Under the pieces are notes generated by a model. That model was not told the origin of the DNA, did not search any database, and saw nothing but the letters and a program-made list of their open reading frames with translations. The translations under genes were made by a program, and so were the position numbers. DNA of 62,353 nucleotides, the filler included, from Caldilineae bacterium (GTDB taxonomy: Bacteria; Chloroflexota; Anaerolineae; DTLA01), in NCBI GenBank assembly GCA_037446815.1. It is 7 parts of 7 records of this genome, joined end to end, with 100 filler letters (N's around TTAATTAATTAA, not from the genome) between each part and the next. Parts side by side here need not be neighbours in the genome. Positions count along the whole stretch, not along the records: positions 44,811 to 53,555 come from JBBIHX010000127.1; positions 53,656 to 62,353 come from JBBIHX010000128.1; 5 more parts are not named here. One strand, given 5' to 3'. Below, piece after piece: positions 45,006 through 59,205 of this stretch; within the stretch, counting starts at the first letter, position 1, and the number at the start of each line of letters is the position of its first letter.

Positions 45006-47150
45006 ATGCAGAAACAACTCCCTTTTGAACCCAGCGACGCGAAAAGCGACCGCCCCATCGTTCCGCTGGAAACCGCCGACTCGCTCAAAGAGCGGCAGAT
45101 TCTCCAGCGTGAGTACCTGCTGCACATCTCGCGGGAAATCACCGCCGCGCTAGACCTGCCCACCCTCCTGCGGCGGGTCCTGCGGTATGCGGTGGAAATC
45201 CTGGCGGGGCAGGCGGGCATCATCGCCCTGCGCCGCGCCGACGGCACGTTTTTCGTCCACACCAGCGTCGGCCTGCCCTCCGACGCGGTCAGCGCGCTGG
45301 AGCCCTTCTTGAAGCGCCTGCCGCAGACCGTGGAGCAGGGCGAAGCAACCCAATGGCAGTTCACCGACGTGCGCGATTCGCTCGCCGGCGTGAGCCAGGT
45401 TACCGGCATGAGCCTGTCCCATGCCGTCGGCCTGCCGCTCCTGCTGGGCGAACAGTTCCTCGGCATGGTGTTCGTATTCCGCACCACGGGAGCCGCCCTC
45501 TTCTCCAGCATTGACAAGGTATTGCTGCAAGCCTTCGCCGACCAGGCCGCCATCGCCATTGACAACGCGCGCCTCTACAGCCAGATGACCGCCCGCGCCA
45601 ATGCCCTGTCCAAACTGTACCAGGCGGGACTCGCCCTAGCCGAGCAGGGCACCGACCTGGACGCCACGCTGCGCCAGGTGGTGCGACTGGCCCGCGACGC
45701 CGTGGAAGCCGACGGCGCGGCCATCCTGATGCGCGAGAACGGCCGTTTCACCGTGTCCGTCGCCGATGGCATCTTGGACAACGACGAGATTCGCAGAAGC
45801 CTTGCCGATCCCAGCCTCACCGAGCCGCTGGCCAAGTGCGAGCCCTGGGTCATCCAGGACGTGGCCGACCAGCCTGCGCTCGCCCCCCTGGCCGCTCATG
45901 ACATCAAGACGGGCCTCTGTGTGCCCATCGCCGTGGGCAGCGAGCACCCCGGCTCCATGCTCGTCGTAACCAAGAACAAGTACGCCTTCCATGCCCAGGA
46001 CATTGCGCTGCTCAACGCGTTCGCCAATCAGTCGGCGCTGGCCATCCGCAACGCGCGGCTCTATCATGACCTATCCGTGCAGCACGAGCGCCTGTCGGCC
46101 ATCCTCGCCAACAGCGCCGACGGCATCCTCATCCTGGACGAGGGCCAGCGCGTGCAGGATTTCAACGACGCCATCGCCCGCATGACCGGCTGGAACCGCC
46201 AGGAAGCCGCCGGACAGCCCGGCGATGCCATCATACGCCTCACCAGCCCTCAAGGGGCGACGGTGCCCATGCCCCGCCTCAACGGCGAGCGCGCGACGGC
46301 CGAAGGGTACCTGGCCCGGCGCGATGGCACGCGCGGCCCCTACGTCAGCATCTCGCTCAGCCCCCTGCGCGACGCCCAGGGCCAGCCTGTGGGCGCCGTG
46401 GTCAACGTCCACGACCTGAGCGCATTCCGCGAGGCCGAGGAACTCAAGTCCACGTTCCTGTCCGTCATCTCGCACGAACTGAAGACGCCCGTCGCGCTCA
46501 TCAAGGGCTTCGCCGAGACGCTGTCGCGCGAGGACGCAACCCCTGACGCCGACACCGTGCGCGAATTCGGACACATCATCGCCGACGAAAGCGACCGCCT
46601 GACGCGCCTGATTGACAACCTGCTCACGGCGGCCCGCGTGGAAGCCGGCGGCATCTCCCTGTCCCTCGTGCCCGAAGTGCCGCTGGACAAACTGGCCGAG
46701 CAGGCCGCCGCGGCTTTCCGCGAGCAGACCAGTCGCCACCAGATTGACGTGGAATTCCCCCGCGACTTCCCGCTCATCACCGCCGATCCGCACTGGTTGC
46801 GCCAGGTGCTGGACAACCTGCTATCCAACGCCATCAAATACTCCCCCAAAGGCGGCCGCATTCTCGTCAGGGGTTGGTACGACGACGCAAACGTCCACGT
46901 GTCGGTGTCGGACGAGGGGCTGGGCCTGAGCGACGAGGAGCAGAAGCGCATCTTCACCCGCTTCTACCGCGCACCGGACAAGAAGCGCATCAGCAAGGGC
47001 GCGGGCCTGGGCCTGTACCTGTGCAAGGTCGTCGTGGAAGCCCACGGCGGGCAAATCAGCGTTTGGAGCGAGGAGGGCAAGGGCACAACCTTCGCCTTCA
47101 CACTCCCACGGCAATCACGCGCCGCAGAGCAGGAGACCGCCCATGAGTAA
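45006..47150 (+). CDS. cytoplasmic GAF-GAF-PAS sensor histidine kinase
   Basis: two [20 protein letters not shown] GAF ends, [31 protein letters not shown]. Confidence 0.95.
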   Translation: MQKQLPFEPSDAKSDRPIVPLETADSLKERQILQREYLLHISREITAALDLPTLLRRVLRYAVEILAGQAGIIALRRADGTFFVHTSVGLPSDAVSALEPFLKRLPQTVEQGEATQWQFTDVRDSLAGVSQVTGMSLSHAVGLPLLLGEQFLGMVFVFRTTGAALFSSIDKVLLQAFADQAAIAIDNARLYSQMTARANALSKLYQAGLALAEQGTDLDATLRQVVRLARDAVEADGAAILMRENGRFTVSVADGILDNDEIRRSLADPSLTEPLAKCEPWVIQDVADQPALAPLAAHDIKTGLCVPIAVGSEHPGSMLVVTKNKYAFHAQDIALLNAFANQSALAIRNARLYHDLSVQHERLSAILANSADGILILDEGQRVQDFNDAIARMTGWNRQEAAGQPGDAIIRLTSPQGATVPMPRLNGERATAEGYLARRDGTRGPYVSISLSPLRDAQGQPVGAVVNVHDLSAFREAEELKSTFLSVISHELKTPVALIKGFAETLSREDATPDADTVREFGHIIADESDRLTRLIDNLLTAARVEAGGISLSLVPEVPLDKLAEQAAAAFREQTSRHQIDVEFPRDFPLITADPHWLRQVLDNLLSNAIKYSPKGGRILVRGWYDDANVHVSVSDEGLGLSDEEQKRIFTRFYRAPDKKRISKGAGLGLYLCKVVVEAHGGQISVWSEEGKGTTFAFTLPRQSRAAEQETAHE

Positions 47151-47856
47151 CCCATACGCAGGCAGACTCATCCTGGTCGTGGACGATGAGAACCGCATGG
47201 TGCGCTTCATCCAGACGAATTTGGAGATGGACGGCTTCCGCGTCATCAGCGCGTCCAACGGGCTGGAGGCGCTGGAAAAAGTCCGCACCGAACTCCCCGA
47301 CCTGGTCATCCTGGACGTTATGATGCCGGAGATGGACGGGTTTGAAACCCTGGAGATGATCCGAGAGCAGAGCGACGTTCCTGTGATTATGTTAACCGTG
47401 AAGGGCGAGGAGCGAGACAAGCACCAGGCATTCACGGCCGGCGCCGACGACTATCTCACCAAGCCCTTTAGCCCGCGCGAACTCAGCGACCGCGTCAAGG
47501 CCGTGCTGCGTCGCGCCGGCGGGATGTCCGCGTCTCGCGAGGAACCCGTCGTGGTGGACGACCGACTCCAGATAGACTTTGCGCGGCGCGAGGTCATCGT
47601 AGAGGGCAAGCGCATCAAACTCCGCCCCACCGAGACGCGGCTCCTCTATCACCTGGTGGAGAATGCAGGCTGGATTATGCCCAACGAGACGCTGTTGCAG
47701 AAGGTCTGGGGGCCGGAGTACGTGGACGACGTCCAACTCCTGCGCATCTACATCGCCTATCTACGGCAGAAGATAGAGAAAGACACCGCGAACCCGCAGT
47801 ACATCATCACCGAGCGGGGCTACGGGTACCGGTTCGTGAAGTTTGGGGAGAAGTAG
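47143..47856 (+). CDS. OmpR-family response regulator
   Basis: [26 protein letters not shown]; w[19 protein letters not shown]. Confidence 0.97.
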   Translation: MSNPYAGRLILVVDDENRMVRFIQTNLEMDGFRVISASNGLEALEKVRTELPDLVILDVMMPEMDGFETLEMIREQSDVPVIMLTVKGEERDKHQAFTAGADDYLTKPFSPRELSDRVKAVLRRAGGMSASREEPVVVDDRLQIDFARREVIVEGKRIKLRPTETRLLYHLVENAGWIMPNETLLQKVWGPEYVDDVQLLRIYIAYLRQKIEKDTANPQYIITERGYGYRFVKFGEK

Positions 47857-47859
47857 CCC

Positions 47860-48243
47860 CTAACCCAGCCCCAGCGCCTCCACCACCGCCCGCGCCACAT
47901 CCCCCACGCGAAACGGCCGCACCAACGTCCGGAACGCGAGGGCGCCCACCTCGCCATACTCCGCCGCCCCGTAGGCACCCATGAGCAGGATCAACCGCCG
48001 TCCGTCCAGTGCGCGCGCAACCTGCCGCGCCTGCTCCGCGGAGAGGCCCGAGCCCGGCCCCACATCCAGCACCACAACCCGCGCCTCCACGCCGCCGGTG
48101 AGCAATGCCCGTAGCGCCGTCGCCTCATCCGATTCCGCGCAGACAGCAAGGCCCCGCTCCTCCAACTCCGCGACGATGAGCGAGCGGGGCCCCCTATCCG
48201 CCATCACAATGGCCACATCATACGCCTGCGCACCCTGATCCAT
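47860..48243 (-). CDS. atypical stand-alone receiver-like domain protein
   Basis: beta/alpha pattern VAIVMAD, VVVLD, LILLMG, LVRPF. Confidence 0.6.
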   Translation of the reverse strand: MDQGAQAYDVAIVMADRGPRSLIVAELEERGLAVCAESDEATALRALLTGGVEARVVVLDVGPGSGLSAEQARQVARALDGRRLILLMGAYGAAEYGEVGALAFRTLVRPFRVGDVARAVVEALGLG

Positions 48244-48289
48244 CTCCGCTCGCGTCCCCACGCAGGTGCCCGGGGCGTGTGCTGTCCTG

Positions 48290-50746
48290 CTAGACGGCCT
48301 CAGGCACAGCCTCGGCTTCCGCTTCCGGCTGCTCCTTCGGCGGCCGCAACGCCGCTTGCAGAACCTCGTCCACACGGTCCACCAGGACGAACTCCATCTC
48401 CTTGCGCACATCCTCGGGAATCTCGTCCAGGTCCATCTCGTTGCGCTTCGGCAGGATGACGACCTTCAGCCCCGCGCGGTGGGCAGCCAGCACCTTCTGC
48501 TTCACGCCGCCGATGGGCAGCACTTGCCCGCGCAGCGTGATCTCGCCAGTCATGCCCACGTCGGCGCGCACAGGCCGATTGGTCAGCAGGCTGGCGATGG
48601 CCGTGATCATGGTAACGCCGGCGCTTGGCCCGTCCTTCGGCACCGCTCCGGCCGGGACGTGAATGTGCAGGTTGCTCTTCTCAAACAGCGAAGCGTCAAT
48701 GCCGAATTCATGCGCTCGCGCCTGCACATAACTGTAGGCGATCTGGGCCGACTCCTTCATCACATCGCCCAACTGGCCGGTCAGCGTCAGGCCGCCCTTG
48801 CCGGGCATCTTCGTCGCCTCCACGAACAGCACATCGCCGCCCACGGGCGTCCAGGCCAGGCCCGTCGCCACGCCCGGAATCTCGGTCCGCTCGGCCGCGT
48901 CCGAGAAGAACTTGGGCTTGCCCAGGTACTCTCGCACGCGCTCCGGCGTGATCTCCACGCCTTCGCTCGCCTTGCCGCCGGCCACCTCCACAGCCACCTT
49001 CCGGCAGACGCTACCGATTTCGCGCTCCAGGTTCCGCACGCCGGCCTCCCGCGTGTAGTCGCGGATGATGGTCTTGATGGCCTCCTCGGTGAATCGCACC
49101 TCCCCCTCGCGCAGGCCGTTGACCTTCTGCTGGCGCGGGATTAGGAACTGCTCGGCGATGCGCACCTTCTCATATTCCGTGTACCCATCCAGGCGGATGA
49201 TCTCCATGCGGTCGCGCAGCGGCTCCGGAATCGGATCCAGCAAGTTGGCCGTCGTGATGAAGATGACATCGCTCAGGTCAAAATCCACGTCAAGGTAGTG
49301 ATCGCGGAACGCATGGTTCTGCTGCGGGTCTAGCACCTCCAGCAGCGCGCTGGACGGGTCGCCCCGCCAATCCATGCCGATCTTGTCCACTTCGTCCAGC
49401 ATGAAGACCGGATTGCGCGTGCCGGCGCGCTTGATGGCCTGGATGATGCGGCCGGGCATGGCCCCGATGTACGTGCGCCGGTGCCCGCGAATCTCGGCCT
49501 CATCGCGCATCCCGCCCAGGCTCATGCGCGTGAACTGCCGGCCCAGCGCCCGCGCGATGGAGCGGCCCAGGCTCGTCTTCCCGACGCCGGGCGGCCCCAC
49601 AAAGCACAGGATGGCGCCCATGGCCTCGGACGCATTGCCCTTCTCCGTCTCGTCGGGTACGATACCGCGCTCCGCCACCAGTTTCCGCACCGCCAGGTAT
49701 TCCAGAATGCGATCCTTCACCTCCTGGAGATCGTAGTGATCCTCGTCCAGGACTCGGCGAGCGTTCTCTATGTCCAGATTGTCCTCGCTCAACTTTGACC
49801 ACGGCAGTTCCACCAGCCAGTCCAGGTACGTCTTGATGACGGAGTACTCCGCGGCCTGAGGCGGCATCTTCTCCAGGCGCTTCAGTTCGCGCATGGCCTC
49901 CTTGTACGCCTCTTCGGGCAGGCCTGCCGCCTCAATCTTCTTCCGGTACTCCTCGGCCTCGGCCATGGCCTCATCGGTCTCGCCCAGTTCGCGGCGAATC
50001 GCCTCCAACTGCTGGCGCAGGAAGTACTCGCGCTGCTGCTTGGTCATCTCCTCCTGGGCGTCCTCGGTGATCTTCTGGCCCAGCGACAGGAGTTCCCGCT
50101 CGCGGGTAAGATGCGAAATCAGCATCCGCATCTTCTCGTTCAAGCGGTCCAGTTCCAGCATCCGCTGCATGTCCTTCATGTCCATGCGCGTGTTGGCCGC
50201 GATCATGTAGGTCAGGTGGCGCGGGTTTTCCAGTTGCTCCAGGAACAGCGCCACCTCCTTGGGCAGGTTGGGCATCAGGTTGATGACCTCCCGCGCCACT
50301 TGCAGCAGCGTCCGCCGCAGCGCCTCGGTCTCCACCGACTCCCACTCCACCACATCCGGCGCCAGCGACACCCGCGCCTTCAGGTACGGGCTGGTCGCCG
50401 TCCACACGTCTATCTTGATGCGCTCCAGGCCCTGGACGATGACCTGAAGGTCGCCGTCCTCGCTGCGGATAACCCGGTGGATGTACGCCACCGTGCCCAC
50501 TTCGTAAATCTGGCCCGGCAGCGGCTCCTCAATCTCCGGCTCCTTCATCGCCATCAGGCCGATGAGATGGTTCCCTGCCAGCGCGTCTTCCACAAGCCGC
50601 ACCGAGCGCGGTATCCCCACCGCCAACGGTATCATCGCAAACGGAAGCGCCACCGTATTCCGCAGCGGCAGAATCGGCAGTTCCTCCGGCATCCTCGCCA
50701 AAAGCCCCTGGGCCTGATCTTCCAATCCTTTCAGAGTCGTCAACAT
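48290..50746 (-). CDS. lon: ATP-dependent protease La
   Basis: LPLRN, GPPGVGKTS, RGHRRTYIGAMPG, PKDGPSAG, PIGGVKQK. Confidence 0.99.
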   Translation of the reverse strand: MLTTLKGLEDQAQGLLARMPEELPILPLRNTVALPFAMIPLAVGIPRSVRLVEDALAGNHLIGLMAMKEPEIEEPLPGQIYEVGTVAYIHRVIRSEDGDLQVIVQGLERIKIDVWTATSPYLKARVSLAPDVVEWESVETEALRRTLLQVAREVINLMPNLPKEVALFLEQLENPRHLTYMIAANTRMDMKDMQRMLELDRLNEKMRMLISHLTRERELLSLGQKITEDAQEEMTKQQREYFLRQQLEAIRRELGETDEAMAEAEEYRKKIEAAGLPEEAYKEAMRELKRLEKMPPQAAEYSVIKTYLDWLVELPWSKLSEDNLDIENARRVLDEDHYDLQEVKDRILEYLAVRKLVAERGIVPDETEKGNASEAMGAILCFVGPPGVGKTSLGRSIARALGRQFTRMSLGGMRDEAEIRGHRRTYIGAMPGRIIQAIKRAGTRNPVFMLDEVDKIGMDWRGDPSSALLEVLDPQQNHAFRDHYLDVDFDLSDVIFITTANLLDPIPEPLRDRMEIIRLDGYTEYEKVRIAEQFLIPRQQKVNGLREGEVRFTEEAIKTIIRDYTREAGVRNLEREIGSVCRKVAVEVAGGKASEGVEITPERVREYLGKPKFFSDAAERTEIPGVATGLAWTPVGGDVLFVEATKMPGKGGLTLTGQLGDVMKESAQIAYSYVQARAHEFGIDASLFEKSNLHIHVPAGAVPKDGPSAGVTMITAIASLLTNRPVRADVGMTGEITLRGQVLPIGGVKQKVLAAHRAGLKVVILPKRNEMDLDEIPEDVRKEMEFVLVDRVDEVLQAALRPPKEQPEAEAEAVPEAV

Positions 50747-50762
50747 ATCCTTCCCCTCTCGC

Positions 50763-53378
<2,616 letters not shown>

Positions 53379-53555
53379 CGTTGCACCTCCATAATTCCGA
53401 ACGATTGCATACGGGCGCACGCGCATGCATGCGCCTCTGCTGGTACTATAGGCACACAACATAAGAAAACGGTTAGAACAGCGTAAGCGAAGGGTAAGAG
53501 ACGCCCGTGGACACAACAGGCTGTCATTCTGAGGCGCGAAGCGCCGAAGAATCTC

Positions 53556-53655
53556 NNNNNNNNNNNNNNNNNNNNNNNNNNNNNNNNNNNNNNNNNNNNT
53601 TAATTAATTAANNNNNNNNNNNNNNNNNNNNNNNNNNNNNNNNNNNNNNNNNNNN
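53556..53655. other. artificial contig linker
   Basis: N44-TTAATTAATTAA-N44. Confidence 0.98.
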
Positions 53656-53672
53656 ATCCCTCACGGCTCCGC

Positions 53673-53708
53673 AGCACCCACGTCGGCCGGCGTGGGTGCT
53701 TTACTTTT
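53673..53708 (+). terminator. rho-independent terminator-like hairpin
   Basis: AGCACCCACG-8 nt-CGTGGGTGCT followed by TTACTTTT. Confidence 0.65.
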
Positions 53709-53710
53709 CG

Positions 53711-53860
53711 GAGTCGGTTTCATCTTGTGTTGGTGAACCGTAGGCGCACTCTCCTCGTGTGTCATTGCGAGCGAAGCGAAGCAATCCCACGCCCCGGAGA
53801 TTGCTTCGGGCACTGCGTGCCCTCGCAATGACAGCCACCAACAAACTTTGGAACCGACTC
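53711..53860 (-). mobile_element. 150-bp MITE, copy 4
   Basis: GAGTCGGTTTCA...TGGAACCGACTC; perfect 8-bp DR ACTTTTCG at 53703-53710 and 53861-53868. Confidence 0.9.
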
Positions 53861-53878
53861 ACTTTTCGCGCGGCCCGC

Positions 53879-54847
53879 TCAGCGCGCCAGCATCTGCGCG
53901 ATGTCGTAGTTGCTGAGGTCCAGGCTCGGCGTGCTCTGCACCACCTGCTCCAGCGGCACCAGTTCTATGCGGTTGCCCCGCAGGGCCGTCATGGTGCCGT
54001 ATTCCCCCGCGAGGATGGCCTGCACCGCCCGCATGCCCATGCGGGTGGCCAGCAAACGGTCAAAGGCGGTGGGCGAACCGCCGCGCTGCACGTGCCCCAG
54101 GACGGTAACCCGCACCTCAAACCCCGGCGACACCTTGCACAGATAGTCGGCGATTTCCTGCGCGCCGAACTTTGCCCCTTCGGCCACAACGATGATGGCG
54201 TGGGTCTTGCCCCGGACGTAGGCCTCGTCCACCGCGCTGGCGATCGCCTCCAGGGGAATCTCTTTCTCGGGGATGACGGTAACCTCGGCCCCTGCGATGA
54301 TGCCGCCGATGAGCGCCAGGTAGCCATGATGGCGGCCCATCACCTGCACCAGGAAGCACCGCTGGTGCGACGACGCCGTGTCCTTGATCATGTCAATGAT
54401 GTGCACCATGGTATTCAGCGCGGTGTCCACGCCGATGGACATGTCGGTGAACGGCACATCGTTGTCAATGCTTCCGGGGACGCCCACCACCGGCACGCCC
54501 ATCTTGTGCAGTTCGTAGGCCCCGGCCAGCGAGCCATTGCCGCCGATGATGACAAGGGCGTCTATGCGGCGGTCGTTGAGGCGGCGGACGGCCTGCTTGC
54601 GGCCCTCCACGGTCATGAACTCGGCGCTGCGGGCGGTCTGGAGGAATGTGCCGCCGCGCTGGATGATGCCGCCAACGTCACGGGCGGTTAGCGGCTCCAT
54701 GTCGCCGTCTATGAGGCCCGAATAGCCCCGGCGAATGCCATAGACCTCCAGGCCGGCGCTAAGGGTTGTGCGCACGACGGCCCGCACGCACGCGTTCATG
54801 CCGGGGGCATCCCCGCCGCTCGTCAAGACGCCAATGCGCTTCATCAT
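53879..54847 (-). CDS. pfkA: ATP-dependent 6-phosphofructokinase
   Basis: LTSGGDAPGMNA, GGTFLQTAR, PGSIDND, VMGR, LGHVQRGG. Confidence 0.98.
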   Translation of the reverse strand: MMKRIGVLTSGGDAPGMNACVRAVVRTTLSAGLEVYGIRRGYSGLIDGDMEPLTARDVGGIIQRGGTFLQTARSAEFMTVEGRKQAVRRLNDRRIDALVIIGGNGSLAGAYELHKMGVPVVGVPGSIDNDVPFTDMSIGVDTALNTMVHIIDMIKDTASSHQRCFLVQVMGRHHGYLALIGGIIAGAEVTVIPEKEIPLEAIASAVDEAYVRGKTHAIIVVAEGAKFGAQEIADYLCKVSPGFEVRVTVLGHVQRGGSPTAFDRLLATRMGMRAVQAILAGEYGTMTALRGNRIELVPLEQVVQSTPSLDLSNYDIAQMLAR

Positions 54848-54928
54848 CCTATTCCTCGCTTTCGCGGGCGACTCTCTCGCTTTGCCGCGCCGCCTATCCA
54901 AACTCCGAATTTGTTGCGATGCGCCGCG

Positions 54929-57900
54929 CTACTCCACGCGCAGCCCGTCGGGTGGCACCAAGCCACGCAGTTCCTCCAACAGCGCATCGCAGCACGACGT
55001 TGTCGTGTTGGGGAAATCCAACTCCCACCCGCCACCGCCTCGCCACACATGCACGCAGAACCGGTCCTGCCCGGGATACTTCAGGAACAGGCGGTAGATT
55101 TCGTTGAGGCGCTGCTTCTCGGTCTCCGTATCGCCGCCCAGCCGCAGGGTAACCAGGATGCGGCGCGCAGGCTCGGCGCGCGGCGGTTCCGGCGGAGGGG
55201 CGGGTGGCTCGTAGGCTTCGGGGGGCGGCTCGTCCCACGGGTCGTCCGCGGCGTCGGCGCCAAAGCCGTTGGCCTCCGCGTACCCGGTCGCGTTGCCGTT
55301 CGCCACCCGCGGGATGGTCAGTTCCTCGGTGGCCCAGTCGCAGATGAGTNNNNNNNNNNNNNNNNNNNNNNNNNNNNNNNNNNNNNNNNNNNNNNNNNNN
55401 NNNNNNNNNNNNNNNNNNNNNNNNNNNNNNNNNNNNNNNNNNNNNNNNNGCCGTTCGCCACCCGCGGGATGGTCAGTTCCTCGGTGGCCCAGTCGCAGAT
55501 GAGTTTCGGCTTCTGGTCTCGCATGTCCACCTTGCCGCGCACCAGCAGGATACGGTCCGTGGTCCACAGGTCCTTCGTGGTGCGGTACACCTTGGGGAAC
55601 ACCACCAACTCTATGCTGCCGTGCAGGTCATCCATCTGGACGAAGGCCATCTCCTCGCCCTTGCGCGTGCTGATGGTGCGCATGAGGGCGACCGTCCCCA
55701 GAATTGTAACATGCTGGCCAGCCAGGTCTTCAGTGATGGCGGTTGTGGGCGTAACCTCCAGGCCCTCTATCTGGTTCATCACGGTTTGCAGGGGGTGCTC
55801 GGTAAAGAACGTGCCCGTGAGTTCGCGCTCCCAGGCGATGCGCTCCTTCTGGGTTGCGGGGCGGGGCTTCTTCACGGTGTCCAGGATGGACACGCCCGCC
55901 ATGGATGTGCTGCCCATCAGGTCAAACATGGACAACTGGCCCACCTCGCGCGCGGCCCATTCCTTCTGGCTCACGGCCATCATGGTCTCAATGGCCTCAA
56001 GCAGGTGTTTCCGTTCGCCGAAGCAGTCCAGCGCGCCGGCCTTGATGAGACACTCCAGGCCCTTGCGGTTCACCTGGCGCAAATCCACACGCTTGACGAA
56101 ATCGCCCAGGTCCGCGAAGGGGCCGCCTTCCTCCCGCGCCGACACGATGGCGTTGATCGGCCCGTCGCCGATGCCCTTGATGGCGCCCAGCCCGAATCGG
56201 ATTTTCCCGCCCTCAATCACGAAGTCGCAGACGCTGTGATTCACGTCGGGCGGCAGGAGTTCAATCCCCAGCCTGCGGGTCTCGGCGGCGATGAGGGAAA
56301 TCTTCTCGGTATTGCCCCGCTCCACGCAGAGGAGGGCCGTCATGTACTCCAGCGGGTACTTGGCCTTTAGGTAGGCCGTTTGGCATGTGATATAGGCATA
56401 GTCGGCGGCATGGGCCTGGTTGAACCCGTAACTGGCGAACTTCTCTATCTGGTCAAAGATTTGGTTGGCGACGTCCTCGCCGATGCCCCCGTGCTCCTTG
56501 GCGCCGCGCACGAATTTCTCGCGCTCGGCCAGAAGCACCTCTTTCTTCTTCTTGCCCACGGCGCGCCGCACGTTGTCGGCTTCGGAGGCCGTGTACCCCG
56601 CGATGTCGGTCAGGATGCGGATAATCTGCTCCTGGTACACGATGACGCCGTAGGTCTTTCTGAGAATCGGCTCCAGTTTGGGGTGGACGTACTCAATGGC
56701 GACGCGCCCATGCCGGCGCTCGGTGAAATCCCCGATGAACTCCATCGGCCCCGGACGATACAGCGCCACGACCGCCATCACGTCCTCGTAGCGCTGGGGC
56801 TGGAGGCCGCGCAGCACCTTGCGCATGCCTTCGCTTTCCACCTGGAACAGGCCCGTTACGTGCCCGCTGGACAGGAGTTTGTAGATGTCGGGGTCGTCCA
56901 GGGGGATGTTGCGCAGGTTCAGGTCCACGCCGTGGTTCTGGCGGATGAGATCGCACGCCCGCCGCATGACGGTGAGGGTCGCCAGTCCGAGGAAGTCCAC
57001 CTTGAGCAAGCCGATCTTCTCCAGGGCTTCCATCTCGTACTGGGTTACCACGCCGCCCTCGCCCTTGGTGGGGCGGTGCAGGGCCACGTACTCCACCAGC
57101 GGCTTGTCGGCGATGACGACGCCCGCGGCGTGGGTGGAGGCGTGGGCGGCCACGCCCTCCAGAGTGCGCGCGGTATCTATCAGCGTCTTGAAATAGGGCG
57201 CGTTCTCGTCCTCGTACAGCGCCTTGAGTTCGGGTATCGCCTCCAGACTGCCATCAATGGTTACCTTGGGGCCGGCGGGAATCAGTTTCGCCACCCGATC
57301 CACTTCGGTCAGGGGCAAGTCCAGCACGCGCCCCGCGCCGCGGATGGACGCCTTGGCGCCCAGCGTGCCGAAGGTGATGATCTGCGCCACCTGGTCGGCC
57401 CCGTACTTGTCAATGGCGTACTGAATCATCTCATCCCGACGGTCGTCGGGGAAGTCCAGGTCCACATCGGGCATGGTAACGCGCCCGGGGTTCAGGAAGC
57501 GCTCAAAGATGAGTTCCTGCGCCAGGGGGTCTACATACGTCAGGCCCAGACCGTAGGCGACAATGCTCCCGGCGGCGGACCCCCGGACGTTCCACCAGAT
57601 GTCCCGACTGCGCGCGTACCGCACCAGGTCCCACACGATGAGGAAGTAGGTGTCAAACCCCATGTCGTGGATGACGCGCAGTTCGTACTCCATCCGCTCG
57701 CGCACGTGCTGGGGCATCCCCGGGTAGCGTTCGGCCAGCCCCTCTGCCACCAGTTTCGCCAGATAGGTCTGCGGCGTGAAGCCATCGGGCACCTGGAAGG
57801 GGGGCAGGTGGTAGTTCCCGAACTCAAGGGTAACGTCGCAGGCTTCGGCGATGCGCAGGGTGTTGTCCAGCGCCTCGGGCCACTCGGGGAACAGGGCGGC

Positions 57901-58656
57901 CATCTCATCGCCGTCCTTCAGATAGAAACTGTTGTCCCCCATGTTCATGTGGTCGGGGTCTGCCATGACCGTGTTGGTCTGGAGGCACAGGAGGACTTCC
58001 TGCGCGTAGGCGTCGCGGGCGTGGACGTAGTGCACGTCGTTGGTGGCGACCAGCGGAATCTGCAAGTCGCGGGCGATGTCCACCAGAGCGCGGTTGATGT
58101 CGGCGAATTCGGGGAGGCCCTCGTGATACTGCAATTCCAGGTAGAAGCCATCGGGGCCGAATACGTTGCGATACCAGGCGGCGGCTTCCCTGGCGCTGTC
58201 CAACAGGCCATCTTGAATAAGCCGCGGGATTTCGCCGGAGCCGCACGCGCTGAGCGCGATAAGCCCCTCGGCGTGGGCCGCGAGGTACTCCTTGTCAACG
58301 CGGGGCTTGTAGTAGAACCCTTCCAGTTGGGCGGCGGTGGCGATTTTCAGCAGGTTCTGGTAGCCCTGATTATTGCGGGCCAGGAGCACCAGATGGTAGG
58401 CCCCCTGGTCTTCGCGCCCCGCGCGGGAATGCATGGAGTTGGGCGCGAGGTAAATCTCGCAGCCGAGGATGGGCTTCACGCCGGCGGCGTGGCATTTTTC
58501 GTAGAACTCAATGACGCCGAACAGTGTGCCGTGGTCGGTGAGCGCCACGGCGGGCATGCCCAGTTCCGCCGCGCGCTTGGCGAGCGCATCCACTTTGGCA
58601 AGCCCGTCAAGGAGGGAGTATTCGCTGTGCACGTGAAGATGAACGAAGGGACGCAT
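54929..58656 (-). CDS. dnaE: DNA polymerase III alpha subunit (interrupted only by a scaffold gap)
   Basis: HLHVHSEYSLLDG, RGSAAGS, MPDVDLDF, YGFNQAHA; the C-terminus continues past the N-gap at 55350-55449. Confidence 0.97.
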
Positions 58657-58686
58657 CGCCTGACCGCCTTACAAACCCTTTGGCCC

Positions 58687-58715
58687 ATTATACAACGGCG
58701 TGTCAAGGCGGGCAA
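58687..58715 (-). promoter_or_regulatory. dnaE promoter
   Basis: minus strand TTGCCC-17 bp-TATAAT. Confidence 0.7.
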
Positions 58716-58730
58716 TCCGCGCAATCTGCG

Positions 58731-58880
58731 GATTCGGTTCCAAAGTCTGTTGGTATTTGTCATTGCGAGGGCGCGGAGCGCCCGAAGCAATCCCTGGGGC
58801 GTGGGGTTGCTTCGCTTCGCTCGCAACGACACACGAGGAGAGTGCGCCTACGGTTCACCAACACAAGATGAAACCGAATC
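58731..58880 (+). mobile_element. 150-bp MITE, copy 5
   Basis: GATTCGGTTCCA...TGAAACCGAATC; 8-bp DR AATCTGCG/AATCCGCG. Confidence 0.87.
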
Positions 58881-59017
58881 AATCCGCGCTATCCGTGGAT
58901 GCAACCCGCAGATGCTTCGCCTTCGGCTCATGATGACAGGAAAGGGATAACGTGCGGCGCACCTGCGGGGTGCGTCGCACGTGCCCCTCACCCCAGCCCT
59001 CTCCCGGCGGGCGAGGG
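58881..59017. repeat. REP-like mosaic
   Basis: AATCCGCG units, GATGCTTCGCCTTCGGCTCA, ACGTGCGGCGCACC..GTGCGTCGCACGT, CCCTCACCCC unit. Confidence 0.8.
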
Positions 59018-59205
59018 AGCGGCGCCGCACACGAAGGCTTGTCAATCGGTTTTGGTATGCGGGCGCAAAGTCTGGTATAATATAGATGAAACCAGCAACG
59101 GCATCGGCGAGACCCGACCCAAAGGCTTGGACACCATGCGTTGGGCCTCGGACAACGGATGTGTACGCGCCTCCCTGAGGCGCCTAAGAATATGGAGGAT
59201 AGAGG

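Noticed and set aside
53380..53520. CIRCE or other heat-shock operator upstream of clpB
   Set aside because: TTAGAACAG..GAAGGGTAA matches poorly and has 7-bp rather than 9-bp spacing; no convincing inverted repeat.
55318..58656. Intein or split dnaE
   Set aside because: No intein motifs or extra insertion are visible; the break is an assembly gap.
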